Positions 47,657-56,912 of a DNA stretch of 64,000 nucleotides are shown in pieces. Each line of letters begins with the position of its first letter. Position 1 is the first letter of the stretch. The stretch is taken from the NCBI GenBank assembly GCA_045863395.1, contig BTVJ01000001.1, positions 32,001 to 96,000 on the forward strand, in the 5' to 3' direction. The DNA is from Myxococcales bacterium. GTDB lineage: Bacteria > Myxococcota_A > UBA9042 > JABWCM01 > BTVJ01. The translations under genes were made by a program, and so were the position numbers. The notes beneath the pieces were generated by a model. That model made no database searches and was not told the DNA's origin. It worked only from the letters and a program-made list of their open reading frames with translations.

Positions 47657-48919
47657 TCAGGGCGCGGCGTAGGTGCCCTCGGGGTAGATCAGGTGCTTCG
47701 CCCGCTTCTGCCCGAAGGCGGTCAGCTCGTCCTGCCAGCTCGCCTCGATCTTCTTCCAGGAGCGCCCCTTCCGAAGCATGGCCAGGATGTCGTCGTTGCC
47801 CCACACCCGCCCGAACAGCTTCTCGTTCTTGACCTCGAAGTCCTTGGGGTACATGCGCTGGATGGTCGTCAACAGCACGAGCGCCGTGCGCAGCGGGCGG
47901 AACTTTCGCGGGTCGATCAGCATGAGCTGCACCCCGTGCAGGAGCTGCCCCGTCCGCTTCCCGTACCGCGGCCTGTACGTCATGGGCCGGAAGAAGACGC
48001 CGTCGAGTCCCTCGGCGTTGAGCGCGGCCGCCAGCTTCTTCGGCTCGAAGAAGGGGGCCCCCATCAGCTCGAAGGGCTGCGAGTTGCCTCCGCCCTCGTT
48101 GATGTTGGTGCCGGCGCCGCCCACCATGCCCGTGGCCACATACATATAGGCATTGAGCGTATGGGGGATGCCGGGCGAGGTCGGCACCCACTGGAGCCCG
48201 GTATCCTCCCAGCGCATCCACCGCTGCCAGCCCTCCATCTCCACCACCGTCAGGTCGCACTTCAGGCCCATCTCTTCATTATAGAAGCGCGCCAGCTCCC
48301 CCATGGTCATGCCGTGGGTCACGGGGATGGGCGCCCACCCGATGAGGCTCTTGTACTTGGGGGCGCGAATGGCCCCCTCGAACACGAGCCCCCCGTGCGG
48401 GTTCGGGCGATCGAGCACGATGACGGGCACCTTGGCGCGCCCCGCCGCGGTCATGACCTTGCCGAGCGTCGTGATGTAGGTGTAGGTGCGAGACCCGATG
48501 TCCTGGATGTCGAAGAGCACCACGTCCACGCGCTTGAGGGCCTCGGCGCTCGGCTCGCTGCGCTTGCCGAAGAGCCCCTCGACGGGCACCCGCGTGTCCG
48601 GGTCCACGTAGTCGCCGCCCCCATCCCCGTTCGCCAGCGCCCCCCGCAGCCCGTGCTCCGGCGCGAAGATCTGCACGAGCTTTACCCGCTTGTCGCTGGC
48701 GATGCGGTCCACCGTCGGCGTCAGCGCCCCGTCCACGCCCGAGGCGTTGGTGACGAGCCCCACCCGCTTTCCGGCCACCAGCTCGATGCGGCTGTCGAGC
48801 AGCACGTCGATGCCGAGCTTCACCCGAGCGTGGGCCGTGGTGCCGGCGAGGACGCCACCGATGGCAACGGTGGCGAGGAGGAGGGGCAGCGCCCCAGAGC
48901 GACGAGGTGGTGTCTTCAT
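47657..48919 (-). CDS. namZ: Exo-beta-N-acetylmuramidase NamZ family (DUF1343)
   Basis: GKRVGLVTNASG, FAPEHG, FDIQDIGSRTYTY, VLDRPNP, HGMTMGELA and WVPTSPGIP. Signal peptide present. Confidence 0.9.
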   Translation of the reverse strand: MKTPPRRSGALPLLLATVAIGGVLAGTTAHARVKLGIDVLLDSRIELVAGKRVGLVTNASGVDGALTPTVDRIASDKRVKLVQIFAPEHGLRGALANGDGGGDYVDPDTRVPVEGLFGKRSEPSAEALKRVDVVLFDIQDIGSRTYTYITTLGKVMTAAGRAKVPVIVLDRPNPHGGLVFEGAIRAPKYKSLIGWAPIPVTHGMTMGELARFYNEEMGLKCDLTVVEMEGWQRWMRWEDTGLQWVPTSPGIPHTLNAYMYVATGMVGGAGTNINEGGGNSQPFELMGAPFFEPKKLAAALNAEGLDGVFFRPMTYRPRYGKRTGQLLHGVQLMLIDPRKFRPLRTALVLLTTIQRMYPKDFEVKNEKLFGRVWGNDDILAMLRKGRSWKKIEASWQDELTAFGQKRAKHLIYPEGTYAAP

Positions 48920-48978
48920 GGGAGGGAAGTGTGGGGGGCGGGAGGGGCTACGTCAACTCCGGGACAGTCCCCAACAGC

Positions 48979-50973
48979 CTACTTGCACGCGTCCGGGCAC
49001 CCATCCCCGTCGGTGTCGATGGGCGTGCCAATCAAGCACGCGAAGGCGTCGCAGAAGGCCTTGCAGCTATCGGGGCAGCCGTCGTTGTTCGTGTCGACGG
49101 CCTTGTAGCCCGGGGCGCAGTCGATGGCGAGCATGCAGTAGCACTTGTCGGGGCAGCCGTCGCCGTTGGTGTCGGTGGCCCACTGCTCCTTGGAGCAGAA
49201 CAGCTCCTTGCACGCCGGCTTGCAGGCGTCGTCGCAGCCGTCGCCGTCCGAGTCGACGGGGTAGTAGCCCGGGGCGCAGTCGATGATCATGCCACACACG
49301 CAGCTCTCCAGGCAGCCGTCGCCATCCAGGTCCACGGGCAGCTTGGGCGGCTTGCAGAGCACGTTGTGGCAGGACTTCTGGCACGAGTCCGCGCAGCCGT
49401 CGCCGTTGGTGTCCACGGGGAAGTAGCCGGGCAGACAGTCGATGGCGTACTGGCACTGGCACAGGTCGTCGCAGCCGTCACCGTCCGCGTCCACGGGGAC
49501 CGTCTCTTTCGAGCACTCGAGGGGCTTGCAGGCGCAACCCTCGTAGGCCTTCTTGCACGCCCCGAGATCCATGAACCCCGCGCCGCAGTCGGCCCCGGAA
49601 CAAGAGCAGCCGCTCTGGCCGACGCACTCCTTGCCGTTCCAGAACCAGCCGAGGAACATGTCGCAGGCCCCGACGCCGTAGGCGTCCTGGGGCGCGCACG
49701 GGCTGACCTTGCACTCCCCGTCGTGGGCCTTCTGGGCGCCGGCGGCGAGCCGCTCGCAGTCGTTTGGCCACGTGGTGCCCTTGCAGTCACAGACCGGCGC
49801 CCACAGCTTCGGGCAGACCTCGGGCTTCGGGACGCAGGTGCCCATGTTGTCCACGATGTCGCACGTGCCCGCCGGCATGTCGCAGAGGAGGCCCTCGGGA
49901 CACACGAACCCCGCGATGCCGCCACAGAACTGCGGCTTGCACTCGCCCTTGTAGGCGACGTTCACGCCGTTGCCCGCGGCCTCGCAACCGTTGCCGTAGG
50001 TCTTGCCGTCGCAGCCGCACACGGGGTCAAAGATCGCGATGCACGCCTCGGGGCGCGGCTGGCACTTGCCGCTGCCCTTGCAGCCATCCTTCGCGCAGTA
50101 GTCGCCCTCGGCGCAGTCCGCGTTGGACTCGCACGTGACCTCCATGCACTGCCAGGCGTCGGGCGGGATGAAGCCGCACTGCTCTTCGCAGAGGCCCAGA
50201 TCGCTGCAGGTCCAGAAGTTGCCGCAGTTCATGCACTTGAGGAAGCAGCCGTTCTCGAACTCCAGGCCCGCGTCGTAGCAGTCGCAGCGCTCCTTGCAGC
50301 TCTTCTTGCAGGTGTCGTTGCAGCCGTCACCGTCCGAGTCCCAGGCGACGAAGCCAGCCGCGCACTTGATGGCGATGTCGCAGCAGGCCCCGTCGTGGTT
50401 CATGGACACCCCGGCCGCCTTCATGTCGCACTCGTTCGAGTAGGTCTTGCCGTCGCAGCCGCACACAGGGTCCCACACGTCGGGGCAGGCCTGGGGAGGC
50501 TTGACGCAGGTGCCCTGCATGTCGGCCCAGGAGCAGGTGCCCGGCGGATAGAGACAGAACGAGCCTCTGGGGCAGCCGACGCCAGCGATGCCGCCGCACT
50601 TGGGCACGCACTTGCCATCGTGGTTCTTGCCGACCCCCGCCTTCAGGCGCTGGCAGTCATTGGCGTAGGTCTTGCCGTCGCAGCCGCAGACGGGCGCGCT
50701 CACGCGCGGGCACTCCGTCGGGGGCGTGACGCACTTGCCCCACCCACCCGGATTGCCGCATTGACCCGCGTGCCGCTCGCAGAGGCTCCCCTTCGGGCAC
50801 TGCAGCTCCTTGGGTCCGCCGCAGAGCAGCGTCGCCTCCCCCTCCACCGTGGCGAGCTCGTTCGATCCCCCGAGCGTTCCCCGGCCGTCGCTCGGTGCGC
50901 CCACCTCGGCGCACGCGGCCAGCGCAAGCGCCGCGACAAACAGCGGCGCCCACAGCGGGTGCATCCTGATCAT
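48979..50973 (-). CDS. Lipoprotein with four Kazal-type domains and eight CxxxxxxxDxDGDGCxDxC repeats
   Basis: Lipobox LAAC, PVCGCDGKTY three times plus PVCDCKGTTW, and DxD/NGDGC repeats (seven tandem at the C-terminus). Confidence 0.88.
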   Translation of the reverse strand: MIRMHPLWAPLFVAALALAACAEVGAPSDGRGTLGGSNELATVEGEATLLCGGPKELQCPKGSLCERHAGQCGNPGGWGKCVTPPTECPRVSAPVCGCDGKTYANDCQRLKAGVGKNHDGKCVPKCGGIAGVGCPRGSFCLYPPGTCSWADMQGTCVKPPQACPDVWDPVCGCDGKTYSNECDMKAAGVSMNHDGACCDIAIKCAAGFVAWDSDGDGCNDTCKKSCKERCDCYDAGLEFENGCFLKCMNCGNFWTCSDLGLCEEQCGFIPPDAWQCMEVTCESNADCAEGDYCAKDGCKGSGKCQPRPEACIAIFDPVCGCDGKTYGNGCEAAGNGVNVAYKGECKPQFCGGIAGFVCPEGLLCDMPAGTCDIVDNMGTCVPKPEVCPKLWAPVCDCKGTTWPNDCERLAAGAQKAHDGECKVSPCAPQDAYGVGACDMFLGWFWNGKECVGQSGCSCSGADCGAGFMDLGACKKAYEGCACKPLECSKETVPVDADGDGCDDLCQCQYAIDCLPGYFPVDTNGDGCADSCQKSCHNVLCKPPKLPVDLDGDGCLESCVCGMIIDCAPGYYPVDSDGDGCDDACKPACKELFCSKEQWATDTNGDGCPDKCYCMLAIDCAPGYKAVDTNNDGCPDSCKAFCDAFACLIGTPIDTDGDGCPDACK

Positions 50974-51128
50974 GATCCTTCCTCCTTGCGATTGCGGGTC
51001 TCAGCCACCCCGTCCCTTCCGCACGCGGCTCCACCTCGTCGAGGGATCTCTCCATCACCGGGGAATTTTCGCGCGCCGATGCCACCGTACTCCCGACCGG
51101 CGCGGCGCACAACGGGGAGCCAGCCGGA

Positions 51129-52517
51129 CTACAGCGTGAACACCAAGTAGTACAGGATCTTGAGCATGACGCTGTCCGCCTGCTCGTCGTTGTGGAAGGT
51201 CGTGTAGACGAGGCGCCCCGCCCCGGGCTGGGGCTGGTGGGAGAGCACCACGGGCTGGATCAGCGTGAAGTAGTCCTTGAAGGGCGCGGGGTCCTCGAAC
51301 TTCACCGCCGCGGACACATGCACCGCGCTGCCGGGCCCCGGAGCCTCCACGGCGATGAGCGGACCCGGGCCGTACTTGGCGGTGAACGTCCCGACCCCGA
51401 CGTACTCGGACAGCTTCGGGTCGAGGATCGTGCACGGGATCGAGACGTTGGACGCCGCCTGCTGCGGTCCGTCGTTCGCCATGGGCGTCTTTGGCAGGTC
51501 CACCGAGCCGTAGAAGTCGAAGGCGTCGGGGAAGGCCGCCTCCAGGTAGGCCCACGCCAGGTCCGACGCATACAGGGAGCCCCCGCCAAGCACGAACTCC
51601 CGCAGGTTGTCCGCGATCTCCGGGTAGGAGTGCACGTACTTCAGCGGGGCGCTGCCACAGTTGAAGAACAGGACCTTGTACTGCGCCAGCAGCGCCGGGT
51701 CACGCAGCACCTGGACCGCCTCGATGTCGTCCGGGTCGACGTCGTTGAAGTACTCCCACTCGAACTCATAGTACGTGAAGTCGAACCCGAGCTGGTCGAG
51801 CAGCTCGTGCTGGTGGTCCCACTGGCCCCAGAACACCGCGATGGGTACGGCGTTGGCCTTGAAGCACTGCTTCTTGCCGACCCCCGAGAGGTCCGTCGTC
51901 TTCCCCGTCTTCACGTCGATGGTGTACTGGTTGGTGAAGGATCCCGCACTTACGTACACCTTGTGGAGGCCACAGGGCACCTCGGGGAACCAGTAGCTCC
52001 CGTCGGGCCCGGACCAGGTCTCCAAGGTTGCGGGCAGGCCGTCGCAGCCGATGACGCTGACCGTCACGTGGGCGTTCCCCACGTAGACCTGCTCACTCGG
52101 CGCGCAGATGATGCCCTTGACCGAGCCGGTGCCACAGGGAGTGCAGGACTCCGAGTGGCCGGTGTCGGGCGCTGCATCCTGCGTGTCCGCCGACGTCCCC
52201 GCGTCCAAGGCAGCGTCGTGGCTCGCTCCATCTGGTTGAGCGTCTGCCGCGGCGGCGTCAATGGTGGTGCTGCTCCCGGAGTTGGACGAGCCAGCGCCGT
52301 CGGCTGCCTCGAACCCGGGCGTGCACGGCCCGCAGTCGGCCCACCCGGAGCCGTCCTCGTTGCAGGTCTGAGTGCCCACTTGCCCGCCGGCGCAGGGACA
52401 GCTCACCACCCTCCCCGCCTCGCAGACCGCCCCCCCGGAGTCTGCACCGGAACTGCAGCTCGCTGCCAGAAGGCCGCAGACCAGCGCTCCAAGAGCCCCA
52501 TTGGATGTCCTCCGCAT
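51129..52517 (-). CDS. Lipoprotein with a carboxypeptidase-regulatory-like beta domain and a GATase-like alpha/beta domain
   Basis: Lipobox AASC, GSVKGIICAP, DGSYWF, LFFNCG, FVLGGGSLYASD and GRLVYTTFHN. Confidence 0.7.
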   Translation of the reverse strand: MRRTSNGALGALVCGLLAASCSSGADSGGAVCEAGRVVSCPCAGGQVGTQTCNEDGSGWADCGPCTPGFEAADGAGSSNSGSSTTIDAAAADAQPDGASHDAALDAGTSADTQDAAPDTGHSESCTPCGTGSVKGIICAPSEQVYVGNAHVTVSVIGCDGLPATLETWSGPDGSYWFPEVPCGLHKVYVSAGSFTNQYTIDVKTGKTTDLSGVGKKQCFKANAVPIAVFWGQWDHQHELLDQLGFDFTYYEFEWEYFNDVDPDDIEAVQVLRDPALLAQYKVLFFNCGSAPLKYVHSYPEIADNLREFVLGGGSLYASDLAWAYLEAAFPDAFDFYGSVDLPKTPMANDGPQQAASNVSIPCTILDPKLSEYVGVGTFTAKYGPGPLIAVEAPGPGSAVHVSAAVKFEDPAPFKDYFTLIQPVVLSHQPQPGAGRLVYTTFHNDEQADSVMLKILYYLVFTL

Positions 52518-52567
52518 CGGGCGAGGCTAACTGTCCGAGGCCCTGTCCGTCAACGTCGCAGAACGCC

Positions 52568-52596
52568 TTGACACGCATGGGGCGCGGGAACAGGAT
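52568..52596 (+). promoter_or_regulatory. Sigma-70-type promoter for the dab operon
   Basis: TTGACA-N17-CAGGAT upstream of ATG 52651, back-to-back with a minus-strand TTGACG-N18-TAGCCT. Confidence 0.55.
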
Positions 52597-52650
52597 GTCG
52601 GCCGCCGCCCCCGGAACGGCCCACGGCCAGGGGTCCGGCCCAGGAGCCGC

Positions 52651-55578
52651 ATGGCCACCAGAGACCCAGAAGACCCGCACGAACCCATCGAGGCGCTGGT
52701 CGATCACCTGGCTCACCTGCTCCCCGGCCAGGGCCCGATCTCCGTGTTCGTCCACCACAACACGCTGCACGCCTTCGAGGACCGCCCGTTCGAGCGCGCG
52801 GTCGTGGAGGCGGGCGCGCTGTTCGGCTGCGAGCCCTGGCTGACCACGGGCGCCTACCGGGATGCCATCACCGAGGGGCGAATCACCGACGCGGACCTGG
52901 AGGCCGTCCTCGACGCAGAGGCGCAAGCGGACGCCCCCGTCGGTGGCGTGACGACGCGGCGCGCCATCCGCCTGCTGGTGCTGCGCCACGGGCTCCCCGA
53001 GGCGAGCGGCCAGGACCTGCGCTGGCTGCTCAGCGAGACCGACGCTCTGAGCAGCCTGCGCGCCGACGCCCCGGCGGCGGCGCGGATACGGCTCCACGGC
53101 GATCCGCCGACGTCCGAGGCAGCGGCCGCCCAAGCGCTGTGGGACGCGTGCCTGTCTGCCGTGAGCCCTCTGGCTCCGCCGCCTTCCCCCGCTCCCGCCA
53201 GGATGCCGCGCCACAGAGACCTCCTGCTGGCCGCGACTGGGGTGGACACGGACAGCATCGTCCATCCCGTGCTGATCCGCCTCTGCGCGGCCTGGCTCGA
53301 CCAGGGACTCGCCTACTGGCCCATGCCGGATCGGGACCGCGGCCTCTGGGGGAGCGTCTGCTCGGTCTACGGGGGCGCCCGCTTCGTGGAGCCCTGGCTC
53401 ACGGCGGCGGCCGCCGAGCTGTCCGGCGCTGGCGAGCCTGCCGCCGTGGTCACCCGCTCCCTTGCCGATCTCGGGGTGGAGCCGGGCGAGCGGCGGGCCT
53501 TCCTGACGCCCACCCTGCTGGCCTTGCGCGGCTTCGGGGGCATGGTCCGGCAGCTCGAGGAGCGCCCCGACCGCGCCCCCACGAACCCGCTCCCGGCTCG
53601 GGTCTTGGACCTGCTCGCGCTGCGCCTGGTGCTCGAGCGCCACGCCCTGGCGCACGTCGCGCGGGAGACGCTGGGCTTCAGCGGCCCCCTGGCGTCGCTG
53701 CGCGCCCACCTGCGCGCCCAGCTCCCGCCACCCGTGGCCCCCACGGCGCAGGAGCGCGCGTGGCTCCTGTTCCAGCTCGCCCAGCTCCTCGGCCTGCCGG
53801 CAGCGCGGGTCCAGGGCCTGAGCGCAGACGACACGGCAGCGCTCCTCGCAGAGCTGGACGCCCTGCCCTCCCTCGAGAGGCGGCGCCTGCTCCACCTGGC
53901 CTACGAACGGAGCCACGCGACCATGGTCCTCGATGGGCTCGCGGTCCACACGGCCCACCCCCCGCACCCGCCGCCACCGGCCGAGTTCCAGGTGATCGCG
54001 TGCATCGACGACCGGGAGGAGTCCCTGCGCCGCCACCTGGAGGAGCTCGCCCCGTCCTGCGAGACCTTCGGCGTCGCAGGGTTCTTCGGGGTCGCCATGT
54101 ACTTCCGCGGCGCGGCCGACGCGCGCCCTCGCCCGCTCTGCCCGATCACCGTGCGTCCGGATCACCAGATCGGCGAGGAGGTGGACGAGGGTCTCACCGT
54201 ACGGGCCGGCCGCCGCGAGCGAGCCCGACGCCTGATCGGCGGCGCCGCCATCTCGCTGCGCGTGTCGAGCCGGACCCTGGCCCGAGGGTCCGTGCTGACG
54301 GCGGCCCTGGGCCTCGCGGCCGCCGTCCCGCTGGTCCTGCGCGTCCTCTTTCCGCGGCTCGTCAGCGCCGCCAACGCCGCCGTCGCGTGGGTCCTGCGCC
54401 CGGCGTCCCGCTCGCGCCTCGCGCTGGACCGGCAACCCGCCGCAGCGCCCGTCCTCGGTACCTACGTGGGCTTCACCGTCGAGGAGATGGCCGGCATGGT
54501 ACGCCGCCTCCTGGAGGACATCGGCCTGACCCGCCGCCTCTCCCGCCTGGTGCTGGTCCTCGGACACGGATCGTCCAGCGTCAACAACCCCCACCTGTCC
54601 GCCTACGAGTGCGGCGCCTGCGGAGGGAACGGTGGCGGCCCAAACGCACGAGCATTCGCACAGATGGCGAATGACGGTCGCGTTCGCGCCATGCTCTCGA
54701 CGCAAGGGATCGTCATACCGCCGGAGACACACTTTCTTGGTGCGTTTCACGACACGTGTCGCGACGCCATCTCCATCTACGACGAAGAGCGCATCCCCGC
54801 GACGCACCGGGAGGCGGTCGCCCAGGTCCATCGGGTCCTGGACCAGGCGCGGGCCCGCAACGCCCACGAGCGGTCCCGCCGCTTCGAGTCCGCCCCCTCG
54901 TGGTTCCCCCCGGGCCTGGCCCTGGCCCACGTGGAAGGGCGCGCCAGCGATCTGGCCCAACCCCGCCCCGAGTACGGGCACTCCACCAACGCGGTCGCCA
55001 TCATCGGGCGCCGCGAGCGTACGCGAGCCCTGTTCCTGGACCGCCGCGCCTTCCTCGTCTCCTACGACCCGACCACGGACCCGGACCGCTCGATCCTGGC
55101 TCGCGTCCTGGCGGCGGTTGTCCCCGTGGGCGTGGGGATCAACCTGGAGTACTGGTTCAGCCGGGTGGACCCGACCGGGTACGGGTGCGGGACCAAGCTG
55201 CCGCACAACCTGACCGGCATGGTCGGGGTCATGGACGGCCACTCCAGCGACCTGCGCACGGGCCTGACGTGGCAGATGGTGGAGATCCACGAGCCCGTGC
55301 GCCTGCTCGTCATCGTGGAGGCCCCCCCCGAGGACCTGCTGCGGGTCGTGGCCGCCAATCCGAGCATCGAGCGCCTCGTCCGCAACCGGTGGATTCGCGT
55401 GGCCACTCTGGCGCCCGACGGGGCGCAGCTCCACGTGCTGGGCCCCCATGGTGGCTTCGAGCCCTACGCGCCGTCATCGCGCCGGCTCCCCATCGTGCCC
55501 GCGTCGGCGGACTGGTACCGCGGCCACCGAGACCACCTTCGCTGTGCCCGCACGGGCCCCCTGGAGGTGAGCCTGTGA
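52651..55578 (+). CDS. dabA: DUF2309 inorganic carbon transporter subunit DabA/MpsB (beta-CA-like)
   Basis: LPGQGPISVFVHHNTLHAFE, Zn-ligand motifs CIDDREESLRRHLE, LGHGS and YECGACGG, plus QPRPEYGH, GINLEYWFS, GTKLPHN and HEPVRL. Confidence 0.93.
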   Translation: MATRDPEDPHEPIEALVDHLAHLLPGQGPISVFVHHNTLHAFEDRPFERAVVEAGALFGCEPWLTTGAYRDAITEGRITDADLEAVLDAEAQADAPVGGVTTRRAIRLLVLRHGLPEASGQDLRWLLSETDALSSLRADAPAAARIRLHGDPPTSEAAAAQALWDACLSAVSPLAPPPSPAPARMPRHRDLLLAATGVDTDSIVHPVLIRLCAAWLDQGLAYWPMPDRDRGLWGSVCSVYGGARFVEPWLTAAAAELSGAGEPAAVVTRSLADLGVEPGERRAFLTPTLLALRGFGGMVRQLEERPDRAPTNPLPARVLDLLALRLVLERHALAHVARETLGFSGPLASLRAHLRAQLPPPVAPTAQERAWLLFQLAQLLGLPAARVQGLSADDTAALLAELDALPSLERRRLLHLAYERSHATMVLDGLAVHTAHPPHPPPPAEFQVIACIDDREESLRRHLEELAPSCETFGVAGFFGVAMYFRGAADARPRPLCPITVRPDHQIGEEVDEGLTVRAGRRERARRLIGGAAISLRVSSRTLARGSVLTAALGLAAAVPLVLRVLFPRLVSAANAAVAWVLRPASRSRLALDRQPAAAPVLGTYVGFTVEEMAGMVRRLLEDIGLTRRLSRLVLVLGHGSSSVNNPHLSAYECGACGGNGGGPNARAFAQMANDGRVRAMLSTQGIVIPPETHFLGAFHDTCRDAISIYDEERIPATHREAVAQVHRVLDQARARNAHERSRRFESAPSWFPPGLALAHVEGRASDLAQPRPEYGHSTNAVAIIGRRERTRALFLDRRAFLVSYDPTTDPDRSILARVLAAVVPVGVGINLEYWFSRVDPTGYGCGTKLPHNLTGMVGVMDGHSSDLRTGLTWQMVEIHEPVRLLVIVEAPPEDLLRVVAANPSIERLVRNRWIRVATLAPDGAQLHVLGPHGGFEPYAPSSRRLPIVPASADWYRGHRDHLRCARTGPLEVSL

Positions 55579-56912
55579 GCCCGGAGCTGTTGGCGACGAC
55601 CCTCGCGTTGTCGTCCGCGTTTGCCCCCGCGGCCCTCTTCGCCACCCTCGGCGTCGCGTCCCTCGCGGGGCGCCCTCTCCCCGAGGGGGTCACGGGGACG
55701 CTGGTCCGCTTCACGTTCACGCTGGCGGTCCTCTGCAACCTTGCGCTGATCGGCGTGATGGCCTCGGCGGGCCTCGACCGGCTCGTCATTCCTCTCGGCG
55801 CCTGGTTCTCGGTCGGCCACTACTCCTTCCACGTGGGCCTGCTCATCGACCGGCTCTCGGCCCCCTTCGCCTTGCTCACCGTGGTCCTCTGCGGCGTCGT
55901 CGGCTCCTTCGCGCACCGCTACCTGCACCGGGAGCCAGGCTACAACCGCTTCTTCGTCCTGCACGCGCTGTTCGCCACCGGCATGACCCTGACTGTGCTC
56001 GGGGCCTCCATCGAGACGATCTTCTTCGGCTGGGAGCTCGTGGGCCTTGCCTCCGCGCTGCTCATCGCCTTTTACCACGAGCGCCCCGAGCCGGTCCGAA
56101 ACGGCCTGCGCACCCTGGCCATCTACCGCCTCACCGACATCGGCCTGCTCGGCGCCGCGGTCCTGCTGCACCACCTGGTCGGCACGGGTCAGCTCCTGCA
56201 CGTCCTTGGAGACGCCCCCTGGCCACACGGCGCGACCGCCATCGACGCGGGACCGGCGACCGCCGCCGCGCTCCTGCTCATGATCGCGGCCATCGGCAAG
56301 TCCGCGCAGTTGCCGCTCTGCGGGTGGCTCCCGCGCGCCATGGAGGGGCCCACCCCGTCGAGCGCCATCTTCTATGGGGCCCTCTCCGTGCACGCCGGGG
56401 CGTACCTGCTGCTGCGGGCGGCCCCCCTGCTCGACCGCTCGCCCGCTGCGGCCGCCGCGGTCACCGTTATCGGCGCCCTGACCGCCCTGCACGCCACCTT
56501 CGTCGGGCGCGTCCAGTCCGACGTCAAGTCGGCGCTGGCCTATGCGTCGCTCACCCAGGTGGGCGTGATCATCGCCGAGGTGGGCCTCGGGTTCCGCTGG
56601 CTCCCGGTGGCCCACGCCGTGGGCCACGCCTGCGTCCGCACGCTCCAGCTCCTGCGGGCCCCGTCGGCGCTGCACGACTTCACCACCACCGCCAACGCGG
56701 TCGGCGGAGTGGTGCCGCGGACGGGCGGCCACCTGGAGCGCCTGGTCCCGCCCTCCTGGCAGCGCCACCTCTATCGCTGGAGCCTGGAGCGCGGCCACCT
56801 GGACCCCTGGCTCGACCGCTGGGTCGTCGCGCCGGTGCTGCGCGCCCTCCGGGTCCTCGACCGCGCCGAGCGTCGCTGGACCGACCGGCTCGGGGGTGGA
56901 CGTCGTGGCTGA
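55575..56912 (+). CDS. dabB: NuoL/MrpA-like proton-conducting membrane subunit DabB/MpsA
   Basis: RYLHREPGYNRFF, GWELVGLASALLIAF, GKSAQLPLCGWLPRAMEGPTPSSA and DVKSALAYAS. GTG start overlaps the dabA stop. Confidence 0.88.
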   Translation: MSPELLATTLALSSAFAPAALFATLGVASLAGRPLPEGVTGTLVRFTFTLAVLCNLALIGVMASAGLDRLVIPLGAWFSVGHYSFHVGLLIDRLSAPFALLTVVLCGVVGSFAHRYLHREPGYNRFFVLHALFATGMTLTVLGASIETIFFGWELVGLASALLIAFYHERPEPVRNGLRTLAIYRLTDIGLLGAAVLLHHLVGTGQLLHVLGDAPWPHGATAIDAGPATAAALLLMIAAIGKSAQLPLCGWLPRAMEGPTPSSAIFYGALSVHAGAYLLLRAAPLLDRSPAAAAAVTVIGALTALHATFVGRVQSDVKSALAYASLTQVGVIIAEVGLGFRWLPVAHAVGHACVRTLQLLRAPSALHDFTTTANAVGGVVPRTGGHLERLVPPSWQRHLYRWSLERGHLDPWLDRWVVAPVLRALRVLDRAERRWTDRLGGGRRG

